A stretch of DNA of 63,825 bases, the filler included, from Ministeria vibrans ATCC 50519 (taxonomy: Eukaryota > Protista > Filasterea), in assembly GCA_943704425.1 (NCBI GenBank). It is 7 parts of 7 records of this genome, joined end to end, with 100 filler letters (N's around TTAATTAATTAA, not from the genome) between each part and the next. Parts side by side here need not be neighbours in the genome. Positions count along the whole stretch, not along the records: positions 1 to 3,633 come from CALSCP010002105.1; positions 3,734 to 23,308 come from CALSCP010002288.1; 5 more parts are not named here. One strand, 5' to 3'. Below are positions 1 to 11,700 of this stretch, piece by piece (the stretch's first letter is position 1; each line of letters starts with the position of its first letter). A program made the translations under genes and the position numbers. The notes beneath the pieces are model-generated. The model made no database searches. It had not been told where the DNA came from and saw only the letters and a program-made list of their open reading frames with translations.

Positions 1-98
<98 letters not shown>

Positions 99-150
99 CT
101 TTGTCTCTATCACTTTGTCTCTTTCTCTCTCCTCTCTCAATCACTTTGTC
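1..150 (+). repeat. (CT)n microsatellite followed by three copies of the (CT)ATCACTTTGT motif; intronic
   Basis: Direct reading. The tract leads to a ...ttgtgtag acceptor at 180. Confidence 0.95.
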
Positions 151-180
151 TCTTTTATGTGTACATTTTTTGTTGTGTAG

Positions 181-381
181 AGTCGAAAGAAGGCACGCGA
201 TGTGCGACGCGCACACGACCGCTTGTTCCCCAAGGGAGGCGCTGAGTCATACAAGTCGGATCGGTCGCTTCTGATGGAGCGCACCATTCAGGAGAGTATT
301 GAACGATCACGAGCGAAGAAGAAGCTGGCTATGGCGGCAGGACTGCAGAGGAAGCAGGACAAGAAGAGTAGGAACAAGTGA
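181..381 (+). CDS. Terminal exon of an unidentified basic (Lys/Arg-rich) protein; upstream exons lie outside the window
   Basis: Acceptor at 179-180, then an open frame SRKKARDVRRAHDRLFPKGG...QDKKSRNK* ending at TGA 379-381. No family recognised. Confidence 0.5.
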   Translation, partial: SRKKARDVRRAHDRLFPKGGAESYKSDRSLLMERTIQESIERSRAKKKLAMAAGLQRKQDKKSRNK

Positions 382-581
382 AGTGAAGTAAAGCAATGTG
401 TAATAACAACGACGGAGAAACGCAATTATGTGGAAGTGGAGGGAGTAATGCTGTCGAGACGGGGTGCGTCGTCATAGGAACAAGTGGAAGTAAAGACAAT
501 GTGTAATAGAAAAGAGAAGTGTCGTGAGTCGTCATAGAAACAAGTGGAAGTAAAGACTAAATGTGTAATAAAGAAACACAA

Positions 582-2768
582 CTATGTGGAAGAGGAGGAG
601 AGAGTAATGTCGTCGAGACGGAGTGCGTCGTCATCGGCATCGTTGAGGACATCATCAAAGCGCACGGTCCTCGGCGTGCGTTTGGATCTGGACGAGGAGC
701 CCGACGAAAGAGCCGAGCGTGCAGTAGGACCCGCCGAAAGATTGCCATCGTCAAAGGAGAGCGCGCCCATGACTTGCAATTCGGGCTGACTCGACTCCGG
801 GTCAAAATCAATGTCATCATCGGCCTCATTGGCCGCAAGGTCACCCGACTGAATCGACAGGCGTGCATACTTGACACGGAGTGCCTTGTAGCGCTTGCGG
901 AAGTGGACGGCAGCCAGGACGGCTGACGCCAGCGCAATCAGTCCCACAACCGTAAAGACGGCAATGAGATGCCCGTTGACACCCGAGCTAGGCTCGTACA
1001 CCACTTGCGTCACATTGCGCACGACGACCGTTTGGTTCACCACATAGATCGCTGAAATGAAAGAAAAAAAATATTATAAACACATCAAAAAAAGAAACAA
1101 ACCAAAAAAAGAGGGAAGTGGCGTACCGGCAGGACAAGGAGTCGAGATATGAGCGAGCTGGTCGTTAAGACCGCCTACACACGTGTCCCCAGATACACGG
1201 CGGTACCCGCGCGTCTGCATGTAGTGCGAACTGCTCTTGGTGAGGCACGGCTCATACATGAGCAGTTGAAGGGCCGTCTGGTTCACATACGGATCCACAA
1301 CACACGGCTCGGACGGCTGTTCACGCGTGTACCCAATGTCACTGTTGCAGAAAAAGTACATAATATAGTAAACATAGGCAGGTGTGAGGTGTTTCATCCA
1401 ACTCAAACAACTATTATAATATTTGTATATAATTATATATTATAATATATATTATATATATATATATGTATTGTCCTGTAGGTAGACAGACAAAAATATA
1501 CGCGTACCATTCAAAGTCTTCGACGGAACACTGGCAGACCGACTGGGAGACAGGTCGATCGTATTCGTTGCCGTTGAAGCAGACGGCGCTAGAGATTCGG
1601 CGCTCGTACGTCGTCTGGCGCCCCAGCATGCACCGGTCGTCGCCTCCGACCACCCTCTCGTCACTTGGCGTCCACAGCTGATAGTCGTTTGGCGTACAGG
1701 GCCGTTGAAGCACACTCCTCAGATCAACCTAAATATTGTGCCAAAGACACAAGAAAAAAAAAAAAAAAAACAACAATGTTACAACCACGAAAACCNNNNN
1801 NNNNNTTTTTTTTTTTTTTTTTCTGTATCGCTCTCGACTTTCGGAAAACAACAATGTTACAACCACGAAAACCTTCACGTATTATACTGTACCTGCTCGA
1901 CAATCCAATGGGAGTTGGCAGTCGGACTGAACCCCATCAGAGTGAACACAGTGGTGGTCTCGCCAGGCTCAGTGAAGAGACCGCGCACCATGATAGGCGT
2001 CGGGTGGAAGGTGTACTCGTGCCACGTCTCTCCCTCGTCAAAGGTGTACTTGAGCACGTTGGTCGCTTGCGTGTCGTCCACTGCCGCAATCAATCCCCCG
2101 TGGTCCGCAAATCGAATGCGGTGTCGACCCTACAACAAAAAATAAGAGGAAAAATCAATCTGAGACAATTTTGGAGGGCTATATACCTTGAGTTCTTGAG
2201 ACCAGGTGATTCCGCCGTCGCGGGACATGTAGACGTCGCCGGCGACGGTCAGCACGTCGCCAAGGTTACCCATGCCAACAATGAGGCCGACGGACGAGCC
2301 AGCGGACATGATAGGGAAGTTGACGCCTGTGCGGTAGCTAAAGGCGGAGTGGAGGTGGAGGGAGCAGGCGGGCAGCATGCAGTCGATGTACTGGTTATCG
2401 CTGTCAAGGGTGGGTGCGCGAATGGGTAGCCAAGTGCCGCCCTTGTCAAACGAGATAGACGAGCGCAGACGCGACGAGGTCCACGACACAACCGAATTGG
2501 CTACGTACACACCACTCATGCCACTGACAGGGACCAGATCAAGAATGTCCAACCCTGTCTCCCCCATCGGAATATACACAACCCGCTCAAGCGACACACT
2601 GTAGTCAACGCCCTCGCTCTCACTGATGAAGAGCGTGCGCGTCCCATTGGCATACAGCACATGACCTCCGACGTCCTTGGTCACATCCAAGTAGTCTGCA
2701 GCCACAAACGCCTGGTTTTCCGTCGCATCTGCAACAAAGTAGTGCTACACACACACATAGAGAGAGAT

Positions 2769-2836
<68 letters not shown>

Positions 2837-3431
2837 TAATAGAGAAAAAGACAACAAAATGAAAAAGAGAAAGTGAGAAAGTGAGAGAGAGAGAAAGATC
2901 ATTCCCTGTACGCCTTTGCTTGTGGCATTTTCTTCCTACCTTGATACGCTCTGGAATGGGAAAGACGGCGTCATTGTAGTCGCCTCGGTTGTGCGAGACC
3001 TTGAGGCCCGTCGACGATGTGATAAACTCGTAGTTTTCAAGAACATTGAAGGCAATGGTGTCGCACAAGATGTCGACAAAGGTCTGGCCAAGGTCCAGAC
3101 TCTTACGCGCACAGTACGAATTCGAGTTGAGCTGACGTTCCTCCATGAAAATGGTCTGAGGCGTGTCATAGTGAACCATCTTGCCAAAGCGCTGCACCTC
3201 GACGACACCCCACGAGAACGAGCGCACATGGGTGCCAATCTGAGTCCAGGTGGAGCCAAAGTCCGTCGTGAGGTGCAACGAGCCGTCCAGTGCCCATGCG
3301 AGCACGTAGTCCGCTACCGTCGGATGATACTCGATGGTGGTGGCATTAAACGTGACAGCATGATGAGTGTATGTGGCGCCGGCATCAAGAGACGTGTACA
3401 TGACGTTGTGCATGTTGTCCACAAGGATGAT
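582..3431 (-). CDS. VPS10: VPS10-domain sorting receptor (sortilin/SorLA family); multi-exon, 5' end cut off at the contig end
   Basis: Asp-box/BNR repeats (SLDAGATY, TTDFGSTW, SLDLGQTF, SFDKGGTW, SRDGGITW, TFDEGETW), Cys-rich 10CC region (CMLGRQTTYERR..CFNG..CQCSVEDFE/CDIGY..GYRRVSGDTCVGG), TM helix LIAVFTVVGLIALASAVLAAV, and a tail with YARL and acidic clusters. GT-AG introns. Confidence 0.92.
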
Positions 3432-3560
3432 CTACAGAAAACATAACTGTGTGAACTTCCAATGTAAAGAATGCTCTCGCTCCCGAACACTTAAGTCATC
3501 GACGAGACTAATGGCTCGCATCGGAGTTACAGCGTCAGAGAAACATGCAGGGGAGAAGTG

Positions 3561-3633
<73 letters not shown>

Positions 3634-3733
3634 NNNNNNNNNNNNNNNNNNNNNNNNNNNNNNNNNNNNNNNNNNNNTTAATTAATTAANNNNNNNNNNN
3701 NNNNNNNNNNNNNNNNNNNNNNNNNNNNNNNNN
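3634..3733. other. Artificial contig linker N44-TTAATTAATTAA-N44
   Basis: Identical 100-nt cassette with stops in all six frames, repeated at 23309, 46521, 54369, 60581 and 61839. Confidence 0.97.
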
Positions 3734-5241
3734 AATAGCGTAACCGTCTGATTCGCTTCCTCCCGCTCTGCCGCTGCACGAGCGCGCTTTGCCATCTCTC
3801 GCGTGCTGACTCCCATCCCAGTGCCAGTGCTTGCGGGCTCCATCCGAGCCAGAGCACCACTTGCTCGCCCGCTCTCCAATGTCACCCTCAAAGCTGGGTT
3901 GGCTCGAGCCTCAGACTCATCTTCGTTGCGCGCTATGGGCTCACCCAACTTCTCTTCCATCTCGCCCTCCTCCTTGCTTGTCACGTCTTTCGCTTCACCC
4001 ACCACATGCGCAGCCCGCACATTCTCTGCCTTCTGCTGACGCTCGCTTGCCTCGCCGTAATCCGGTTCGTCCACCTCCATCACATCCCGCACCTGTACTA
4101 TTCCAGATGATGGCTGGTATGGTGTGCGTGTCGACGCGCTGGTCAGATTCACCTCCGACGCAGTCGCCAATACCAGGCCGCTCGTGGCTCCACGGTCGCC
4201 CTCAGCCTCGTCCGCATTCATCGCGCCCTGGGCCGTCCCAGCCTGCACTTGCGCTCTGTTTGGTGGCGGTTTGTCGTCGACTGGAATTTCCATGCGTGTC
4301 GACGCCTCAGTTGCTCCCCCGTCGCGCTCGGCGTCATCCGCACCCATCGCGACTGACTTTTTCTTCACTGGAGGTGCCGTGGTAACCGCGCATTCCTTCT
4401 TCTCGCCTTGCTGTCGCTCTTTTCGCTCGTTGCCGCGCCTCTTCCCTGACATCTTGCGACGTCCCGACTTGCTCGGCCGCATTTCCATTGACTGCACCAC
4501 CGGCTTCGGGTGGCGGTTCTTTCCCGCGTCCACCACCACCACCGACACTTCCAGAGGCTCCTTGTGATGCCAGCGACGGCGTGGGCGTTGCGTCGTGCGC
4601 GTCGGGCGCGACGGGCTGCGCGAAAAGCTGTGCGTCGGGTCGAGCGACAATTTCTCATCTTGCTGCTATCGTAGGAGCACCGCTGACCAACCTCCGTCCG
4701 AGTTTGGAATGTTGGTGACCCAGACATTGTTGTCGTGAACGTTGCCTGAGTGGTGACGTAGCTCGTTGGCGCTCTGGGGCAGGAAGTGGAGCGCGCGCTT
4801 GTCGCCGTTCCACTTTACTGAGACAAATTGCCGCTGTCCGGCGCCCCTCAGTGCCTCAGCGTACGACGGCTCACGGGTCGAGTGGCACACGTCCAAGGCC
4901 TGCAGCTGGGCCTTGATCGCGGCGGTCACCTCAACGCGTTTCAGGGATTCGGAATGAAAGACTTCAAACTGCATTGAGAGGTCCGCATATTTGAAAATCG
5001 ATCGTCCGATGGTCAACCCTCAGCGGCCGATATGGCTCATCATCGCGTCCACACGGTCCGAACGCACCGTGACTACCACTCCGGGGCGCGCGTCGGCCAG
5101 CACGCGGACCGGAACCGGCGCAATGGGGCTCTCGGATGACCGCTGCACGTCGACCCTCGTTCCCACAGATATCACGTCACCCGCCGCAGAGCCGAGGCCC
5201 TCCTTCACCAGCGCAGTTAGAGCTGCCTTCCCGGGAGGCAT
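3734..5241 (-). mobile_element. Decayed intronless ORF, candidate ORF1/gag-like gene of a non-LTR retroelement; runs off the contig end
   Basis: Three ORF-track pieces (5241-5020, 5016-4666, 4650 onward) share one frame, separated only by TGA (5022-5020) and TAG (4668-4666). No introns over 1.5 kb. Has a PSYAEAL motif and a low-complexity charged C-terminal part, and starts about 160 nt from a TTAGGG tract. No RT or endonuclease is visible. Confidence 0.4.
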
Positions 5242-5399
5242 CCAGCCCGCCGGGGCCGGGAAGAAGAGAGACTTTAGTCGCGAAATGTTTTTCCTCTTTT
5301 TGCTTTTTCAAATTTGAAAAAGTTGATCAGATTGATCAACGAACGCCCGGCAGTACGCACAGGAGTTTGCTGGGGAAGGAAGAAATGAATAAAACTGAA

Positions 5400-5438
5400 C
5401 CCTAACCCTAGCCCTAACCCTAACCCTAACCCTAACCC
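5400..5438 (+). repeat. Interstitial telomeric repeat (CCCTAA)~6.5 with one CCCTAG variant
   Basis: ccctaaccctagccctaaccctaaccctaaccctaaccc. Confidence 0.95.
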
Positions 5439-5701
5439 AATTGTAAATATTCTGTTCTTCATCTTTCATCTTGATTTCCCAGTACGTGGGTGATTTTACT
5501 CTCTCTTTCGTTCTGCTACCGATTTGCGCGCAGCAGAAAAATAAAGGCGCCGTCAATTTCTTGTTCTCTCGCATTCTTATTATTATTATTGGGACATGCC
5601 CGTCGAGTGATAGTCATTTTCTCTTTATTTCGTTCTTTCTCTATTTCTCTCTCTCTCTCTTTTCTTGTTTCTTTCTGTCTTCTTCTCTCTCTCTCTGTCT
5701 T

Positions 5702-5752
<51 letters not shown>

Positions 5753-5759
5753 TTCGCTC

Positions 5760-8700
5760 TCAAATAGCGACGCGATGCGCTTTGTTGCTTGGGAGCACAG
5801 TCTGGCCACCAGTGAACAGGGACAATATCTGCTCATTCTGGTTCATGAGGGTACGGTTGTCCTGCATGAGTGTGTGGTTGACAGTGCGCTGCTTGGCACT
5901 CTGGTGACGCACAACCAAAGCCAGAACGCAGGCAAGCACAATCATCGTACACACAATGAGCAGAGTATGGTCACCCGACGCCAACATGCTCAACATGCCA
6001 CCACCCGCACCTGCACCAGTAGCGATACGCGACATCTGAATGCGCACAGGCACAGCCGCGTTCACACGCGACAGCCACTCCATCTGCGCCGCAGCTGAGT
6101 GCGTGCCATTCGCTGCAAACGCTTTGTCATACAGACGCGTCAGCAGAGCTGCAGTACTCGCCTCATGTGCTCCAGAAGTCGCATCAATTGACACAGAAAT
6201 TGTCGGGAAGCCGGTCACAGCATTGACACTGTCCACACTCACATGCACACGACCCGCGTCCACCTTGAGCAACTCGATGAGCTCACTCGTGACGGCCACT
6301 GCGCACCGCTGCTCAGCATGCTCCTCTGTCTCACCCACCCCACGCACCAGACGACGCTGTAGCGCTACCTGCGTCACCGATGCACGTACCGTCGACAATG
6401 TCACATCCGTCATGACGTACCACCAGTGCTGGCTCGCCTCAATCATGTTGCCGGCCTTGTCCTTGATACCCAACACCGTCATCTTCACTGCTGCACCTTC
6501 AATGTCGTTCCATGGCACCGACAGACCAAACTCAACCGAGATAGTGCGTCCCGAGCACACCGCCAGAAGTTCATTGATGCCCTTAGAGGACCAGGTGAAC
6601 GGCGAGGTGTTCATCGTCGCCTCAGCCTTCACCGTGAACCCGTACGGCGCACGGCAGTCCAGCTCCTCGTCAAACGTGATGCTCACAGTCGAGCCAGGTG
6701 AGTACACTCCCGACGCAGGCTGGGCAAAGTGGCCAAACACACGCGGTGACTGACGGTCCGCCACACCCCTAATCACCTTGGAGAACTTCTCGTTGATGCC
6801 CTCCGGCGGGTCCGTCATGCTCGCCGCCTTGCAAATGCAGTGCAGTCGCAGTTCGTACCCACCGTCAGGCAGTGTGGATACGTCCCAGTACGCGGTCGAA
6901 TACCCAAACACTGAAGCCAGCGACGTGAGACCACCCTCTTCGGGGAAGGCCTCTGCCTCGTCCACCATGACCATGATGGCCTTCCTCCAGGTCGTTGTGC
7001 TCAATGCGCGGTACTCCAGGTCCACACTCACCAGTCGCTCCGTCTCACCCGTCGTCCACGGCTGCTCCACCACATTCTTGTTCGCTGCCACCACACGCAC
7101 CTGGTCCTTGTGCTTGCCCGCAAAGTCACCATCCTCGCGTGTCGCACGGTTGATCGTGAATTTCGCCTCCTCAAACAGATCACCCGCAAACTCGACAGGT
7201 GGACACGGCTCAAGAAACTCGACGGGAATATCAAGGGTGGTGCCCGTGGCGTCGTAGCCGTTCTTGAGCACACGGTCCGAAGCAAAGGTGCGCTCGCAGT
7301 CCGACACCCATTGGAGCCGGAATGGGGGGTATTTGTACGTACCAGGCGCACGCCAGATCTGCAAATCAATGCGAATGCTGCCCGCGACAAAGTTCAAGAG
7401 ACTCAGCTCAGTAATGAGGGTGTCACCATCAATAATAGGCACCAAGTTCAGAGTGTTGTGGTCCGAAGGCATCACCAGACGGTAATCAGACATGTCGCCG
7501 GTCGGCGAGTCGTTGATCAACATCAATTGGAACATGGCAGGCTCATCGGGCAGCGCAGGCCTCGACGGCCACGATACAAGCATCATGCGTGCACTCTCAC
7601 GACGCACTGTGTTGTCCTCATGAATGCACATCGAGCGTCCGCTCAGCGTGAAGAACACGGGTGTGTTGAACATGGGGTCATAGAATATCTAAGTGAGTAT
7701 GACATCAGAATTCTCTTAGGGTTAGGGTTAGGGTTAGGGTTAGATGAGTGTTTATTATATACCAGCACGTCAAACTGGTCGCCAACCTCGGGATCGCCAA
7801 GGCTAAAGGATATCTCGTGCGCATCACTGCTCGACCCAGTCTCCGAGTCACCATGTGAAACCTTCACGGCGGACGAAATGGTCAGACCACCCTCGATACC
7901 AGCGCCAAAATTCATCGTAAAGCCCAACTTTAGCGATGGAATTGTGATGGTGTGGTCCCACGCCTCCGTGTTGGTACCACTACTCGACGCACCACCACCA
8001 ATACCGTATGAAAAGTCCGCGCCGCCACCCGAGAAGCTAACTCCGTTGAAGGTGTTCATGTCGGCTTCGGCGCCACGACGCCACTTGATCAACTCCTCCT
8101 CAGTCCACTCCTGCGGTTTCGCGCCAGCCCGGTCGGCCCACTCCTCCGGCACCAATGCTGGCTTCTTCGTGTACGCCTCCGCTTGGTCGCCGTTAAACTT
8201 TTTCACGCCACTCTGCAACTTGAGCGAGTTGATGGGCGGCAAAGCATACTTGGACGAGCCGTACAGGCCCTTATTCTTGTCCTTCCACTTCTTGATCATC
8301 GCAGCGTACACAGCCACATTGTCCTTGTACGAGTTGACTGCGTTGACACCCTCGCCAAGCTGTGCGGCCGTGAAGAGCGCGTCAATGTTTACTGCACTCG
8401 AATCGGTTGACGGTGCAAACGACGCTGATGGATCCACTTTCAATTCCTCGTCAAAGTCCGTCCACGTGTTAGTCTTCTGACCCACCACATGATGCACTGC
8501 GCCGTTGTACGCGAGAATGTTGATCCAGCCATTGATGGCATTGGTAAGACGCTTCTTCGTGTCAACCGGACCAGACTTCTCAATCTCATGGTTGAGCTGC
8601 TCCAGCAGGTCGGGAAGTTGGCGGTAGCGCAGGTCGTCTTCACTCTTCCACGCCATCACCTGGTCACCTTCGGGGTCGACCACAACGACGGGCTCCGCCT

Positions 8701-11700
8701 CCATTTCACACAAGTTCGGATTGAATTTGATGTTGAGTGAGCGTGTGAGCTTCACCGACAGTGCCGGCACTAGGAACATGTCGGACGCACGTCCGGCCGT
8801 TCCCAGGTTGTTACTCGTCGACACGGAGTACGTTATGGACAGCTCGCGCGATTTCTCCCAGTTACCCGACGGCAGGGACTCAGTTCGATCAAACGAGTAG
8901 CCGAGCGAGGTGCCCTTGACATTCAAACTTTTGTCTGCCTTCTTTTGTGCATCAATTGCCGTTTGCATTTGACCTGTGTAGTCTTGCATGCGCGAACTGC
9001 CGTGACCACGCTGTGCACGCTCGTTCGCGTCCTCGTTGGCCACATCACTCTTGGTAGCCCACTGCGCATCGCGCCGACCGATCGCAGCCAATGTCTTCAG
9101 ATCGAATCCGTTCTTACACACCATAAACCCGAGACCCACGCAGAGCATCATGTCGTTCTTGGTGGCCAGGGCTATATCCGCTTGGACACCCAGTCCGGCA
9201 CCAACTGTCTTCGACTCGCCCCATGTCCATGCCACTGATTTGCCAGCGCCAACTGTCGTCGAGCTATCACCGCCTGGAGGGTCGCGCACAATCATCAGAG
9301 GCAAGTACTCGGGCAGTTGCAGTGAGAAGAACGCACTCAGCTCAACCTGACCCACAATGGCAACGTCCACCTCAACGTGGTTGACGCTGTTCAGAGTGTC
9401 CCAACCAGGCACCTTCAGAGTCACATAGATGGGACGGGTGTAGGGTGCCTCGGCCGACATGACTGCCGCGTTGCGCTCCGGTTTAGCAGTCTCGCCTTCG
9501 ACAACCACCATAGGAGGTAGCTCGTCCGACGGCAACGGAGTGTTGCCAATGCTCTTGGCAATCGTCAGTCTGGCCATACAGCCCGGATAGCGACCACACA
9601 GATTCACCAAGACGGGCGCTTCCGCTTGTGCCTCGGCCCCCGCCGCGTTCACAGGCATCGCATTGCCCGTAATGTCACGCTTTGTCACCGTCACCGATGT
9701 GGTCGTAGCCACAGTGTTGACAATGCGAAGGGCACCCTCAACAAAGTGGCACACTTCTTCGGCGTTGTCGCCATACACCTCCTTCGCAGTGATCGAAAAC
9801 TTGGCCGTGGCGGGGCTCACTTTCACGCCATCACCGAGAATGGTAGGAAATGTACGACCCTTGGCAACACACGCGTCCGCCGAAGCAGCCCCATTTAATT
9901 GCTCGGCCATTTCAACCAAAATCTGAGGACGTGTGTGGAACTCGTAGCGAATTTCTCGCTCGTGATCCCCCTTGGCAGCCTCGGCAAGCGCCGCCTCGGC
10001 CACCGCAGCGTCAGCCTTGGACTTTTGCGCTACGTCGGCCTTGACGGGCACATCCTTGTCGCACAGCTTCTGCTGGTGCGACGACAGCTTGGGCAGACTG
10101 CCGCCCTCCTCCTCCTTCTTGAGACCCTTTGCCACGTCCCCCTCATCTTTCTTCTCGTCAAATAGACGGAGGTCCATCTTGGAGTACGTGCGAGTCTGGA
10201 TGCGATCCAGATACGGCGCCACTTCGGGTCGCTCGTACACCTTGTTCATCACCACGTCAAAGAGCGTTGCGGGCAGCAGGTGCGTGTCCACCGCCGCCGT
10301 TTGGATCACTGTGAGGAACACACCAGCCACGTCACACTCGAACCGCGGCAGCAGTCGAATCTCAGCCGTGCCCAGGTTAATGTTGCATTGAGGTGGACCA
10401 CCCGCCACCGTAATCGTGAGCTCCTTCATTGTCTCATCAAGGAAGTTGACACTGTTGAGGCCCTTTTCCGGAATGAGAACAAACGACGACTTGCTGGTCG
10501 GCGTGTTGGTACACAATGGCGATCGTTCGTTCTTGACGGCGTCTTTGGGTGACACGTCTGCCGACTGGAACGCCAGTACGTGCATGCCAAACGTCGCAAC
10601 CAACTCGACATTGAGACCAATCGGAATCTCCATGAGATAGGTTCCCTTGTCCGACGTTGTCGCACAAAGTACCTGGGCACCCGTGTACCAGTCGTAGGCG
10701 CACACCTCCGCATCGGGCACCACACATTTGGCTTTGGGACTGACTATGGGTGTGGGCGGCTCGTGCCAGCACAGACGTGACGTCTTGTCCGTACCGTGCA
10801 CATATTCGCTGCTGCAAGCCGTGATAGACTCCTCTTTGTCATAGACAACCTCAAATACCTCTGACCCAACTGTCTTCCACAGACTGCAAGTATTCGCCTT
10901 CCTCACATACCTCCACCAGCTGCAGCCAACGGCCATAGCGCACTTTTCCGCACACTCGAGCGTAGTCATGCCATAGTACTTGGCAAGCACACCCGACGCG
11001 ACGTAGCGGTACGTCGTGTGACGATGCACATATGACTGCGAACACAGCACACCCGTGCGGCCCGGAGGGCACTCGGGTTTGACACCTGACCCCGCAGTAG
11101 CCGGTGAACTGCGGCTCGCCACAATGCCCGACGTGGCATGTCCACCAATCCCATCGTCAAAGAGCACCTTGTCGCTCGAGCCAGCGCCAAACGACGTGCC
11201 CCTGAACAGCGAGCAGATGGTTGAGCGGTGAGTCCACGACGAACACTGATCCGCTATCTCGCACAGGAGCTCGCACGTGTTGGCCTTGAGAGTCAATGCA
11301 TCCGAAAACATCTTGCCAGGTGCCTTGATCGTCCCTCGCGCAATCTCATGCACAATCTGGTCAGTGCGTCCTTGCTCGCACCACGTCTTGCGCACGGTAT
11401 AGGCGGCGGCTGGCAGCGCCACATATTGATCCTGGAGCCACCGACGACTGCATGCCGACTGCGACCCATTATGCAAAACCAGTTTCACAACCGCATTCTG
11501 GCCGTCCACTGTCCACTTGTCCGCGTCTGCCGTCAAGAAGTGCTGACACCTCTCCTCGAGCCCACTGCCAAAATCCTGCAAGAACGACCAGCCCATGCAA
11601 GTCGCGCTCTTGTCGCAGCGGCTCGAGCACGACTCTGCCGAGTCCACCCCCGGAAGGACAATCGCACTGTCAAGGTTCCACGAGAACCCTTCACGGAGCA

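Noticed and set aside
91-104. CTCTATCACT resembling half of the tet operator
   Set aside because: The second palindromic half is never present, and the context is eukaryotic introns.
1766-1875. 29-nt direct repeat AAAACAACAATGTTACAACCACGAAAACC
   Set aside because: It flanks a 10-N gap with poly-A and poly-T edges, so it is most likely a scaffolding overlap artefact.
4666-5022. Stop-codon reassignment or readthrough
   Set aside because: TAA, TAG and TGA all terminate conserved genes normally in this window. The two stops differ from each other and fit mutational decay.
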